Shown here: positions 9,431 through 18,631 of the stretch, one piece after another
Layout of the letters: each line of letters opens with the position of its first letter
How positions within the stretch are numbered: position 1 is the stretch's first letter
IMG/VR virus record: IMGVR_UViG_3300011591_000012
Span: 1 to 35,929 of that record
Reading direction: 5' to 3' (one strand)
DNA length: 35,929 nt
From: a virus
Lineage: Duplodnaviria; Heunggongvirae; Uroviricota; Caudoviricetes
Program-made: the position numbers and the translations under genes
Notes under the pieces: model-generated
Told to the model about the DNA's origin: nothing
The model's database searches: none
What the model saw: only the letters and a program-made list of their open reading frames with translations

Positions 9431-9449
9431 GGCGGGCAATCAGCCCGCC
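9431..9449 (-). terminator. Rho-independent terminator (minus-strand orientation) upstream of the FI promoter
   Basis: 7-bp GC stem GGCGGGC/GCCCGCC with 5-nt loop; on the minus strand it is followed by TTTTCTTTAT. Confidence 0.5.
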
Positions 9450-9698
9450 AGCCTTGATTTGCACTCTCTCAATTTCCAACTGACAAAATACGTAGCCAAA
9501 ACGCTATCAAATCTGACAGCCTGCTTTGAGCGAGAAACAGACATGGATGGCATACAGTGAAAGTAGCCGCACAATGAGCATCACTGCAATTCTGAATTCA
9601 AGCTCTAATACTATTGAGACCGTATCATACAGTCACTCGCAAAAATTACTTTACCTGAGTGAAAAAATTGATTCCAAGCAAAATGAAAACTTGTAATT

Positions 9699-9720
9699 CA
9701 TTATTACATGCATAATAATG
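9699..9720. promoter_or_regulatory. 22-bp palindrome (8-bp perfect arms) about 105 bp upstream of the OLD-like gene; candidate operator
   Basis: CATTATTA-catgca-TAATAATG read directly from the sequence; AT-rich context so chance is possible. Confidence 0.2.
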
Positions 9721-9825
9721 AATAAAAACTTGAGCTATATAAACCAAAGTTGTTCCGAATAGTCCGTTGAGACATCACTCGAATTATAGGAATACAAGGT
9801 TTTATTTTTATAAGGAATCGCTCCC

Positions 9826-12090
9826 ATGGGTTTGCAAAGCATAAGAATAAAAAACTTACTATCATTTAATGATGTAATAATAAATTCCCTAGAGGATGTA
9901 AATTGCATTGTAGGGATGAATAATGTTGGCAAATCCAATCTTATGAAAATATTGAAATATTTTTACGACAAACTTGACGACATAAAAGTAATACCTCCTG
10001 ATTTTCATTCTAGTTATACTCCTTCAGGGTCAATAACATTGACTTATGATGTAACAAGAATAAAGAGAATTGTAATGAACCCTAATAACAATGGTCGCTT
10101 TCACAAGCATATTTATAACACTTTATTTAAGCCACAATCATTCATCCGAAAGCCGCAGAAATTCTGTCTTCCTTTCATATCTCCTTTGGGTTTCCAAAGA
10201 AAAAGCACTTATAGCATTACACTCACAATTTCTAAAGATGACTCCGTAACTTGGTCAATTAGCACACCAAATGCCCGGCATCTAATTAAAACTCTATTTC
10301 CTTTTTTCCATATTGAAACCAGACACATTGACTTATACGACTGGAATAGCATATGGAAAATGCTCAGCAGTATAAATTCCTTTAATTTCTCTGAAATAAA
10401 AAAAGAAGAACTCCTTGAGTTTTTGAATGAGAAAATATCAACTAAGCGGGGTAGTTACAAGAAGTATATAGAAAGAGTTGAAAATGTAATCCATACTAAA
10501 CCTTACACCTATAAAGATAAAGTCGTTAATTATCTAAAAATAGTTTTAGATGGCGATATCTTCATAAATAAAGGTGAAGAACTACATGTTCAGTCGGATG
10601 GCACGAACTCTCACAAATATCTTGAAATTATACTTAGCCTATTAATTTCATTAACAAGAACAGAATTTATCAATCCAATTATATATATTGATGAACCTGA
10701 AATTGGGCTACATCCAAAACTTAGCGAGAACTTTATTGAGAACATAAGCCTGACATATAAAAAGTATGATAAAACCCATGAGGAAATTGAGCCTGGAAAA
10801 TATTCAACACCATATCCAACTCTTATATTTAGCACTCATTCTCCGAGTTTACTAAAACTCACGCTAAAATCTTTCTTACATAAACAGCAGGTTTTGCATT
10901 TTTCAAAAGAACGTGACAACTCGACCAAAATTTCAAAATTAAACTCTAAATATAATGACATTAGATTTATAAATATGCTTAGCGATAATGAGGCCCGTCT
11001 ATTCTTTAGTGAATACATTCTATTTGTAGAGGGCGCCACAGAAGTTGAATTGTTTAGAAATTATAATCTGCAAAAGCTGTTTCCAGTACTTAAAAGGTTA
11101 GATGTGTATGATTGCGATGAAGTAATGTTGAAAAATATAAACCCCAGCTACTCAAATGCAGCCATCCCATTTCTAGTAGTAAAGGATATTGATCAGATTG
11201 CCGTTGTTGACTTCGAACATGAACAATTTAAATTTAATTCGAAAGGGAAATCAATTATTAATAAAATCATTAAGAGAGATAAACTACACTATTTTTCGAC
11301 ATACCAAAAACCTTTTCTTAACGCAGCAAAATTTCTTTTAAGCCAAGATGAAAGGAAAGTAACATTCAGTGAAAATGGCCTAAAATTCAGACACTTCAGT
11401 ATAGGCAGAGTTATAAGCGCAGTTAATTTTTTATCCTCTAAAGATAATGTTTATTATACTTCTACAACGATAGAAGGCTCATTGATCAATGAATTCTCTT
11501 TAGAGACATTCTCTTTATGGATCATTGACATAGTAATGAGAAGCTTTAATGTAAATAATAAAAACCCTGTAAAAATGATTAATGCTCTGCTGCAAAAATA
11601 CGATATTAAAACCCAATCAAAACAACTTTTTCCCAAAATACTTTCAAAATGTGAAACAAATCATAACCTACCATTGCGACACATGAGATTATTGAAAATC
11701 ATTAAAATTAGATATGCTAAAGAAATAATTGATGAGTTTAAAAAAACCATCCCCGACGTAAAAGACCAAGTTGCTATCTTGCGCCTTATTTTTAGTGGCA
11801 AAACAGAAACTCTTGTAAGTATAGAAATGCATTATAAAATTGATCAAAAACCGATACGGCAAGATATATTGGATTATATCAAAGCATTAAAGTCAGAAAA
11901 TTTCTCTTTTATGAGTTCTTACATAGGAAAGACTTCTGGATGGGTTACAAGCTTCATTGATTTTAGCCTTAATCATTATTCAGCCCTAGATAAAGAAAAT
12001 GTCGAAAAAAAATTCCGCTTGGCTTTTCCTGAAATTTCGCATATCATCGATCATGCTTCTTCTTCGATAGAAGCTGGAGGGCTCAAATGA
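9826..12090 (+). CDS. OLD-family nuclease: N-terminal ABC-type ATPase plus C-terminal Toprim domain
   Basis: 754 aa, low GC. Walker A GMNNVGKSN near the N-terminus; Walker B/D-loop IYIDEPEIGLHP; Toprim-like ILFVEGATEVE and VVKDIDQ (DxD) in the C-terminal half. Confidence 0.7.
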   Translation: MGLQSIRIKNLLSFNDVIINSLEDVNCIVGMNNVGKSNLMKILKYFYDKLDDIKVIPPDFHSSYTPSGSITLTYDVTRIKRIVMNPNNNGRFHKHIYNTLFKPQSFIRKPQKFCLPFISPLGFQRKSTYSITLTISKDDSVTWSISTPNARHLIKTLFPFFHIETRHIDLYDWNSIWKMLSSINSFNFSEIKKEELLEFLNEKISTKRGSYKKYIERVENVIHTKPYTYKDKVVNYLKIVLDGDIFINKGEELHVQSDGTNSHKYLEIILSLLISLTRTEFINPIIYIDEPEIGLHPKLSENFIENISLTYKKYDKTHEEIEPGKYSTPYPTLIFSTHSPSLLKLTLKSFLHKQQVLHFSKERDNSTKISKLNSKYNDIRFINMLSDNEARLFFSEYILFVEGATEVELFRNYNLQKLFPVLKRLDVYDCDEVMLKNINPSYSNAAIPFLVVKDIDQIAVVDFEHEQFKFNSKGKSIINKIIKRDKLHYFSTYQKPFLNAAKFLLSQDERKVTFSENGLKFRHFSIGRVISAVNFLSSKDNVYYTSTTIEGSLINEFSLETFSLWIIDIVMRSFNVNNKNPVKMINALLQKYDIKTQSKQLFPKILSKCETNHNLPLRHMRLLKIIKIRYAKEIIDEFKKTIPDVKDQVAILRLIFSGKTETLVSIEMHYKIDQKPIRQDILDYIKALKSENFSFMSSYIGKTSGWVTSFIDFSLNHYSALDKENVEKKFRLAFPEISHIIDHASSSIEAGGLK

Positions 12091-12201
12091 GCTGACGCAT
12101 GCCGTCACTTGCTCCAGCAAACACTAGCTCGGATTGTCTTGCGTCCGCTAAGCCGCTTTAAGCCTCACGGGGTGTAAAGATGTTATTGGTATCGAAGAGG
12201 A
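12058..12201 (+). ncRNA. Candidate structured ncRNA (retron msr/msd-like) between the OLD-like and RT genes
   Basis: 12-nt inverted repeat with one mismatch: TCTTCTTCGATA (12058-12069) versus TATCGAAGAGGA (12190-12201). Enclosed region is GC-rich against AT-rich flanks and has local stems GCTGGAG(12073-12079)/CTCCAGC(12111-12117) and TGACG(12093-12097)/CGTCA(12103-12107). The second repeat sits just upstream of the RT start. Confidence 0.25.
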
Positions 12202-12210
12202 AGCTTTTAC

Positions 12211-13308
12211 ATGAAACATAAAATTAATAAAATTAACAATGATTTTTATAAAAATTTTTATCTAAGAGAAACATTCTCCGATGATATTATTATGACTCAC
12301 GGAGTCCCTGAGATTTCCAATGACGATTATAAAAGCATTTCATTAAAGAATAGATTATGTTTCACTATAAGAAAAAGCTCCCCGCATAAAAAAATACAAG
12401 AAAGACTTATAAAAAATTTCCTAGTAAAAGTTCCTCTTAGCTCACCTGCAATTGCCTATCGTAAAAAATTAAACTATTTGAATTTTCTAGAACCTCATAT
12501 CCATGGTGAGAACTTTTGTCGAATTGACTTATGTAATTTTTTTCATAACATAAACTATAACTTTGCAAGGGAGTGTTTCAAATCCTACTTTGAAGATGAA
12601 TATCTGGTAAATAAAAAAATCAAAGTTATTGATGCATTTTTAAATAGTTTATCTATTGAGATTGTAGTCAACAATAAAAAGAAAAAAATATTTCCAATGG
12701 GATTCGCCACATCACCTTTCATATCCAATATAATTTTCAGAAAGTTAGATATTTTAATTAAAAGTTTGTGTGACAAAAGAAGCATCATTTACACTCGTTA
12801 TGCTGATGATATGCTTTTTTCGAGCTCCGGGAAAGACAAACTTCTTGGAAGTGAACATTTTGACAACGAGATATCAACTATTGTCAATACGGCAGGACTG
12901 TCCCTCAACAAACATAAAAAAATATTTAAGAAAGGCATAATCTCACTAAACGGCTATGTAATAGAAAATAAAAATGGAGGGGGAGAGAGAGGGAGTATAA
13001 GAATATCTAATGGAAAAATGTATTTAATACGGAAAGCACTAGATAAATTTAAAAAGGGATATTCTAAAGAGCATATTTGCAAAAAAGTATTTTCTGTTAA
13101 ATCACCAACTGTCAAGTATAATAACAATGCAGATCAGTTTGTAACGGATTTTTATAATTCACAATTCTCTAATAAGTTAGCTGGTTATCGTTCATATTTA
13201 ATATCATTAGTAAAATTTAATGATAAATTCAGATGTTTTCACGAAAACGAAATCACCAAATACTCAGTGATTATTGATGAAATTTCTAATGCACTGCTAA
13301 AACCCTAG
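12211..13308 (+). CDS. Reverse transcriptase, small retron/Abi-like (fingers-palm only)
   Basis: 365 aa, low GC. RT motifs read in the translation: motif A-like FCRIDLCNFFHNI, motif B-like FPMGFATSPFISNIIF, motif C YTRYADDMLFS (YADD box), motif D-like GLSLNKHK. GAGGA RBS 8 nt upstream. Confidence 0.75.
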   Translation: MKHKINKINNDFYKNFYLRETFSDDIIMTHGVPEISNDDYKSISLKNRLCFTIRKSSPHKKIQERLIKNFLVKVPLSSPAIAYRKKLNYLNFLEPHIHGENFCRIDLCNFFHNINYNFARECFKSYFEDEYLVNKKIKVIDAFLNSLSIEIVVNNKKKKIFPMGFATSPFISNIIFRKLDILIKSLCDKRSIIYTRYADDMLFSSSGKDKLLGSEHFDNEISTIVNTAGLSLNKHKKIFKKGIISLNGYVIENKNGGGERGSIRISNGKMYLIRKALDKFKKGYSKEHICKKVFSVKSPTVKYNNNADQFVTDFYNSQFSNKLAGYRSYLISLVKFNDKFRCFHENEITKYSVIIDEISNALLKP

Positions 13309-13730
13309 CCTTAGAAAGTTAATGTTTTGGCCCTAAAGCAAGGGCCTTAATAGTAAAAATAGTTACCAGCATAAGTATTCCTTCAACTAATCACACAAAT
13401 TAACGTTAGCAACGTTCCCTTTTTACACCGTCTGAGCACTAAGCTGTCGGTCATTCTGGTCTACCATACTATTATACGTAACATCCAAGAGTGTTCCTGC
13501 AAACGGTCGTAGAAAATGCGGGCTTCGCCATTTTCTGGCCGACGCCGGTCTCGTCGAGTTCTTCTGACTGTTCAAGTGCAAATGCGCCTGTAGGTATCCC
13601 TACAAAAGAAACCATCAACTTTTAGATAGTATCTGGCACTCCAACTCCCGCTGTTGACTCGGAGCGGACTGTCAGATTAGGCTTTACTCTGTACCATAGA
13701 TACGTTAGCTCACTCCAGAGATCATACAAC

Positions 13731-14258
13731 TTATTGCGGCATGTCCGGCCATTCAGGATTTGAAGGGTCCACACGACTGACCAGAACGCTGTAGCGTTCC
13801 CATGCATCCAGTCGACTGCGCTCCTCACCTGTTGCCATATTCAGCCTGACAGCGCGCTCCAGCGGCAAAATTACGGATTCAGCTTCGGAAAGCAAAGCTG
13901 CCTTATGTAATTCCGCTAGTTTCTGCTGTTCGTCTGCCGTATAAATCCGCTTAATCACGGCACCATCCTTAAACATCCATTTACCTGAGTCATCAGCACG
14001 CCGGTTGGCAGTAATATCAGGAACCTCAACGACGCTAAAACCTTCAGGATTAAGCGTTGAAGCATCTCTGGTGATGGCGACAATAATATTATTTTCATCG
14101 TAAACAATCTTTATTGTGTCTGGCTGAAAATTACTTACTTCCTCATACCAGTTTTTTCCGTCTTCGGACCATAACCAGATAACATCAAAATTCTTTGTTA
14201 GCTGATATTGCTCTTTTGTTTTTGGATTACCTGACTTAATGTTCTTTAAATGCTGCAT
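13731..14258 (-). CDS. G: Tail fibre assembly protein G
   Basis: 175-aa ORF immediately downstream of H; position and size as P2 gpG; lower GC than the rest of the tail cluster. Confidence 0.85.
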   Translation of the reverse strand: MQHLKNIKSGNPKTKEQYQLTKNFDVIWLWSEDGKNWYEEVSNFQPDTIKIVYDENNIIVAITRDASTLNPEGFSVVEVPDITANRRADDSGKWMFKDGAVIKRIYTADEQQKLAELHKAALLSEAESVILPLERAVRLNMATGEERSRLDAWERYSVLVSRVDPSNPEWPDMPQ

Positions 14259-14261
14259 TAC

Positions 14262-16139
14262 TTACACCTGCGCAACGTTATACCATGTGCCATTGATGTA
14301 TTTTTGTATCGGCCTGAAGATGGCCTCATCATCGCCATCTACTTCACCAATGATTCTTAATCCGGTAATCGTGTGTCCGGCTTTTTCATAACGACCACCT
14401 CGCGCCATCAATTGAACAACTCGCGTACCCAGGCGAACATCTTTCACATAGCGGGAATCAAAATTCCCCCAGTTGCTGGGTTGCATCTGACCGTTAACAG
14501 CAAATATTACCGAGTTATCTGTATTTCGCTGGCTATAGAAATGCCATCCGGACTCATCGCCTAACTCTGCAACCACTGGACGGTTGGAAGCACCCCATAA
14601 ATTAAAGGTAATATTCTTCGTGGATGTGTTAGAGCTGGATAGCGAGAACTTTTTACTATCCCCTGCCTGAATATTTTTAAAAGCAATAGCCACTCCATTC
14701 TGAAAACGGAATACACGCTGACTGTTAGCATAAACATCAAGAATACCGTCTCCATTCTGTTTAAATCCGGTATCATTATCACCAAGGACAATAGAGCTAC
14801 CACCTAGTGCATTCGTCGTACCAACTCCAAGACAGCCATTAATGACGGCATTAACAAGAATATTTAGTGCATCCCATTTCAGCGTCATCAGGTCTTTTGT
14901 TGTGGTACTCTGGCGGCTTCTCCATTTGAAATATTCATTGCCGTTATCCCCCGTTTCAAACCACATGTATGAATCAGCGTCACCATCGGCATCATTTTTA
15001 AATCCAATCTTCGCCCAGTCAGTATTTCGAATCCAGGCAAGGATTGAGTCGTTTTCAAAAGTAATCCCGCCGGACAAGGTATCGCCATTCTTTTGCACCG
15101 CGTTCCTGGCCCTGTTTACCGTTTCCTGCAAACCGAGGTATTCGATAACGGCAGCAATGGTCGCTTTAGCCAGAATATCCCGCCCGACTTTTGTCAGGGT
15201 TGCCAAACTGGCAACATCATTCCCCGTAAAATACGGAAAGCTGTCTGCCGCAGTAGCAAGCCCCGCCAGCGCCGTCAGAGTGGCATCTTTCGGTTGCTTA
15301 CCCGCAAGCGCATTAGTCATGGAGGTAGCAAAATTCGGGTCATTGCCCAGCGCCGCCGCCAGCTCGTTCAGCGTATTCAGTGCGTCAGGCGACGAGTCTA
15401 CAATGGCGGCAATCGCGGCCATAACGAAAGCCGTGTTTGCGATCTGAGTATTATTCGTTCCCTGTCGCGCAGTTGGCGTCGTTGGCGTTCCGGTCAGTGC
15501 AGGGCTGTTTAATGGCGCTTTTTTGTTCGCTTCATCCATTACCGTCTTAACAGCTTTTGGTGTTGCGGCGAGCGTTTCAGACGTGCTGTTGGTCGCACTG
15601 CTTAACTGAGTAAAACCTTTTGCGGTCAGCGAGGCGTCAGGGTGACGTCGTGACTGTTCATGTTCTGCAATTTTGTCATCAACGTAATCCTGCGTTGCCA
15701 TCACCGTTGTGGTGTCAATGGTCAGCGCCACTGAGGCCACACTGCTGACGATGATGACCATGCGGCAGGTCTGCGAACGCCCTGAGCCTTCGGCAAGGGC
15801 AGGCTTATAACTTTCGGCCATGTTCGCCACGGCAATTAACGTTCCCGCATCATCGTACAGGCCAAGCTCACGCATCCAGAAACCGCCCACCTCCGGCGGA
15901 ATAACCAGCTCTGCGATAATATAATTACTGTTTCGTTTGTCCTGGCTGATTTTGTTCAGCGTATGTCGCCAGACTTCGTGGATAAGCCCGGTCTGTCCGG
16001 CATCCGGGACAGGCAATTTACCACCGCCATCCCCGACGGCCATCGTGGTAATGTTGACCTTCCGCCCTCCCGGTGCGGTTGCCGCTGCCAGCTTTGCTGC
16101 ACCGGCAGTGGTGATAACGGTTTTGAATTTTGTGCTCAT
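14262..16139 (-). CDS. H: Tail fibre protein H
   Basis: 625-aa ORF; conserved P2-like N-terminus (MSTKFKTVITTAGAAKLAAATAPGGRKVNITTMAVGDGGG...) and a lower-GC C-terminal part. Confidence 0.9.
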   Translation of the reverse strand: MSTKFKTVITTAGAAKLAAATAPGGRKVNITTMAVGDGGGKLPVPDAGQTGLIHEVWRHTLNKISQDKRNSNYIIAELVIPPEVGGFWMRELGLYDDAGTLIAVANMAESYKPALAEGSGRSQTCRMVIIVSSVASVALTIDTTTVMATQDYVDDKIAEHEQSRRHPDASLTAKGFTQLSSATNSTSETLAATPKAVKTVMDEANKKAPLNSPALTGTPTTPTARQGTNNTQIANTAFVMAAIAAIVDSSPDALNTLNELAAALGNDPNFATSMTNALAGKQPKDATLTALAGLATAADSFPYFTGNDVASLATLTKVGRDILAKATIAAVIEYLGLQETVNRARNAVQKNGDTLSGGITFENDSILAWIRNTDWAKIGFKNDADGDADSYMWFETGDNGNEYFKWRSRQSTTTKDLMTLKWDALNILVNAVINGCLGVGTTNALGGSSIVLGDNDTGFKQNGDGILDVYANSQRVFRFQNGVAIAFKNIQAGDSKKFSLSSSNTSTKNITFNLWGASNRPVVAELGDESGWHFYSQRNTDNSVIFAVNGQMQPSNWGNFDSRYVKDVRLGTRVVQLMARGGRYEKAGHTITGLRIIGEVDGDDEAIFRPIQKYINGTWYNVAQV

Positions 16140-16149
16140 TATTCCTCAC

Positions 16150-16680
16150 TTATCCGGGGTAAACCGTAATTACATCGCCGTCGTAAGCCACACCACCGGC
16201 GAACAGGTAGCCGGGAATGTCCCGGGTAATGTTCAGGCCAATAAGATGACGGCTTGCAGGTTTGGCATCAGCAATCAGCCGTTCCATTTCCTGATACATT
16301 GCCTCTGTGATGCCACTTTCCAGTACACCAATATCAAGCCGGAAGGTGCCGGGCGGGTCACTGTTTTCCCACCACTCCGTCACGTTGATGAGATAGCCGA
16401 GCGGCTCCACCACACGCCGGATTGCACCGATAGTGCCCTTATGACAGTGGATGAAATAGGCATCGCGGATAACGGCGCGTTTTGTCGCTTCCGGCCACTT
16501 TTCATCCCACCTGTCGACCGAAAACGCCCACGCCAGCCACGGCAGCAGATTTGCCGGACAGGTATCCGGGTTCCACAGTTCACGAATCCTGACCGGCGTT
16601 TTTTCAATTTCCGCACAGGCTTTTGCGGCGGCAACTTCAAGCGGTGATGAGCCGGTCGGCAGCAGTCGCGAATCACTCAT
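16150..16680 (-). CDS. I: Baseplate assembly protein I
   Basis: 176-aa ORF; synteny J-I-H. Confidence 0.85.
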   Translation of the reverse strand: MSDSRLLPTGSSPLEVAAAKACAEIEKTPVRIRELWNPDTCPANLLPWLAWAFSVDRWDEKWPEATKRAVIRDAYFIHCHKGTIGAIRRVVEPLGYLINVTEWWENSDPPGTFRLDIGVLESGITEAMYQEMERLIADAKPASRHLIGLNITRDIPGYLFAGGVAYDGDVITVYPG

Positions 16681-17581
16681 CCGAGCCTCCGGTCACGACG
16701 CGGTATTCGGTACAGAAAGACGCCTGCGTACTGTTGAGCACGATGTCGGCCAGCGGTGCAGTCAGTTCGACACGCTGCACGCCTTCCACATGCAAAGCGG
16801 CATAAATGGCAGACAGACGGATGTCGCGCCCCAGCCGGTGCTGTGCCGTGATGTACGCTTCCAGTTTTTTCACGGCAGCAGCGCGTATGGGTTCGCTTTC
16901 GGGACCAGGGTAAAGGTAAAGCGTGGCGTTTATCTGGTATTCAACGATGGCGGCAGACTGCACGGTCACGCGGTCGGCCACCGGCCTGACGTCCTCGCCA
17001 TTAAGGGCGTTACGCACCACCGCCAGCAGGTCTTCGGATGCGACACCGTTATTTTCACGTGACAGCACAGAGATGGTGACGCAGGCCGGAGACGGACTGG
17101 TGACAGAGATATCTGCGACACGCCCGTCGGCACTTCGACCATGATACTGATAGGCTCCCACCGACCCGGCGACGCTTAAGCCCTCAAACGCCTGCTGAAT
17201 ACGCAGACGATAATCGGTGTCAGACTCCATCACTGCCGGTGTCGACGGGATGGTCGAATCATCTGCCGGGGTGATAATCAGGCGCGTGGTGTTGTAATTG
17301 GCACCAATCACATCAAGGTCATTACCGGCAGCACAGGCCAGCATTACCGCCCGTGCGGCCTCATTCACACGCTGACGCCAGATAAGCTCACGATAAGCAT
17401 TTTCCTCCAGCAGTTTGACGAGAGGCTCGGATTCCAGCATCAGGGTACGGGCGACCGCCTCCTGCTGGTCCTCCGGGTAAAGGGAAATCAGTGTCGCCTT
17501 GCGTTCAGCGAGAATGGTTTCAAAGTCCAGCTCCTCGACTACATCCGGTGCGGGTAGCTGGTTCAGGTCGATAATCGGCAT
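16673..17581 (-). CDS. J: Baseplate assembly protein J
   Basis: 302-aa ORF; synteny W-J-I, overlapping stops/starts. Confidence 0.9.
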   Translation of the reverse strand: MPIIDLNQLPAPDVVEELDFETILAERKATLISLYPEDQQEAVARTLMLESEPLVKLLEENAYRELIWRQRVNEAARAVMLACAAGNDLDVIGANYNTTRLIITPADDSTIPSTPAVMESDTDYRLRIQQAFEGLSVAGSVGAYQYHGRSADGRVADISVTSPSPACVTISVLSRENNGVASEDLLAVVRNALNGEDVRPVADRVTVQSAAIVEYQINATLYLYPGPESEPIRAAAVKKLEAYITAQHRLGRDIRLSAIYAALHVEGVQRVELTAPLADIVLNSTQASFCTEYRVVTGGSDE

Positions 17582-17585
17582 GGTT

Positions 17586-17933
17586 TCAACTCACAGGGAT
17601 GGTTAACGAAAGTGGCTGGCCGGTGTCGTTGTGCTGGCCGGTTAACGTGACCGTCATTCGCCCGTCAAAACTGCACGCCGTAGTGACGGATGACAGGGTG
17701 ACGCGGGGTTCCCATTTCAGCACCGCCATGTAACAGGCGACCTTAATCTGCAACTCAAGCGCCGGGGTCTGCGGCTGGTCAATCATTGACGCCAGCAACG
17801 AGCCGTAATCACGACGCATCACCCGTGAGCCGACCGGTGTGCGCAGGATATCGCCGATACTCTGGCTGATATGCTCAAGGTCAGTGACAGTCAGGCCATC
17901 ACTGCGATTCATTCCGAGATAACGCGCTGTCAT
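17586..17933 (-). CDS. W: Baseplate wedge protein W
   Basis: 115-aa ORF; synteny V-W-J. Confidence 0.85.
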   Translation of the reverse strand: MTARYLGMNRSDGLTVTDLEHISQSIGDILRTPVGSRVMRRDYGSLLASMIDQPQTPALELQIKVACYMAVLKWEPRVTLSSVTTACSFDGRMTVTLTGQHNDTGQPLSLTIPVS

Positions 17934-18565
17934 AGAGGACTCCCGGTTGTGCCGCCGCTGTCGCCGGGGTGTTTATGGGTATGCAGTACCTTACCGTTTG
18001 ATGAGAGTTCACCGCCGGTGTGTTCAATGTTGCCGCGCATCGTCCCGCCCTTCTGCACTTCCAGCGTGCCGGTAATCAGCCTGTTGGTGCAGACCACCTC
18101 CGGTGTGTCCAGGGTGACGCGGGTTGATGCTTTCACCGTGACCACCGGCACCGTGGCAGTAACAGAATCAGAAGCCGTCACGCTGGCCGTTTTAATTCCG
18201 CTTACCGTGAGTGCACTGGTTTCGGGTTCATACTCAATCACCGCCCCGTCAGGGAAACGGATATGCAGGGCATCCGCCGACGCAGACGGCGCGGGGTTAT
18301 CGCCGGAATAAATCCCCGGCAGAACAAACGCCGTGTCAAGTTCACCGCCCACGGCCAGAATCAGCACCTGCTCCCCCACGGAAGGTGCCCACCATGTGCG
18401 CGAACGCCCGGCACGACAGGTCAGCCACTGAAGCCAGTCGGTGCACATGCCGCCGGTCTGCACACGGCAGCGACCGGCGTTAAGGTCGGTTTCGACGACA
18501 AGGCCGGTGCGAATCATGTTGCGCAGTGCGCGCGCGAGTTCCTGAATATTTGCGAGAGTGTTCAT
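17930..18565 (-). CDS. V: Baseplate spike/assembly protein V
   Basis: 211-aa ORF; synteny; first gene of the V-W-J-I-H-G block. Confidence 0.85.
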   Translation of the reverse strand: MNTLANIQELARALRNMIRTGLVVETDLNAGRCRVQTGGMCTDWLQWLTCRAGRSRTWWAPSVGEQVLILAVGGELDTAFVLPGIYSGDNPAPSASADALHIRFPDGAVIEYEPETSALTVSGIKTASVTASDSVTATVPVVTVKASTRVTLDTPEVVCTNRLITGTLEVQKGGTMRGNIEHTGGELSSNGKVLHTHKHPGDSGGTTGSPL

Positions 18566-18631
18566 AACGGGAAGGATGCCGCCGGGTCATACCGGCGGCA
18601 ATGTGACGATGAGGTGTCGGGAATGGCACAA

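Noticed and set aside
9735-12788. Short minus-strand ORFs (60-74 aa) inside the OLD-like and RT genes
   Set aside because: Low-complexity AT-rich antisense frames fully contained within the larger plus-strand ORFs that carry recognisable motifs.
12211-13308. Identification of the RT as the single-protein AbiP2-type RT known from this P2 locus
   Set aside because: At 365 aa with no long C-terminal extension, and preceded by a separate OLD-like nuclease gene, it does not fit my recollection of AbiP2 as a larger standalone RT; a retron-like or other RT class is more consistent.
14842-16647. Plus-strand ORFs of 201, 139 and 236 aa opposite tail fibre H and baseplate I
   Set aside because: Overlap the minus-strand structural genes completely; Arg/Cys/Ser-rich composition; no RBS context.
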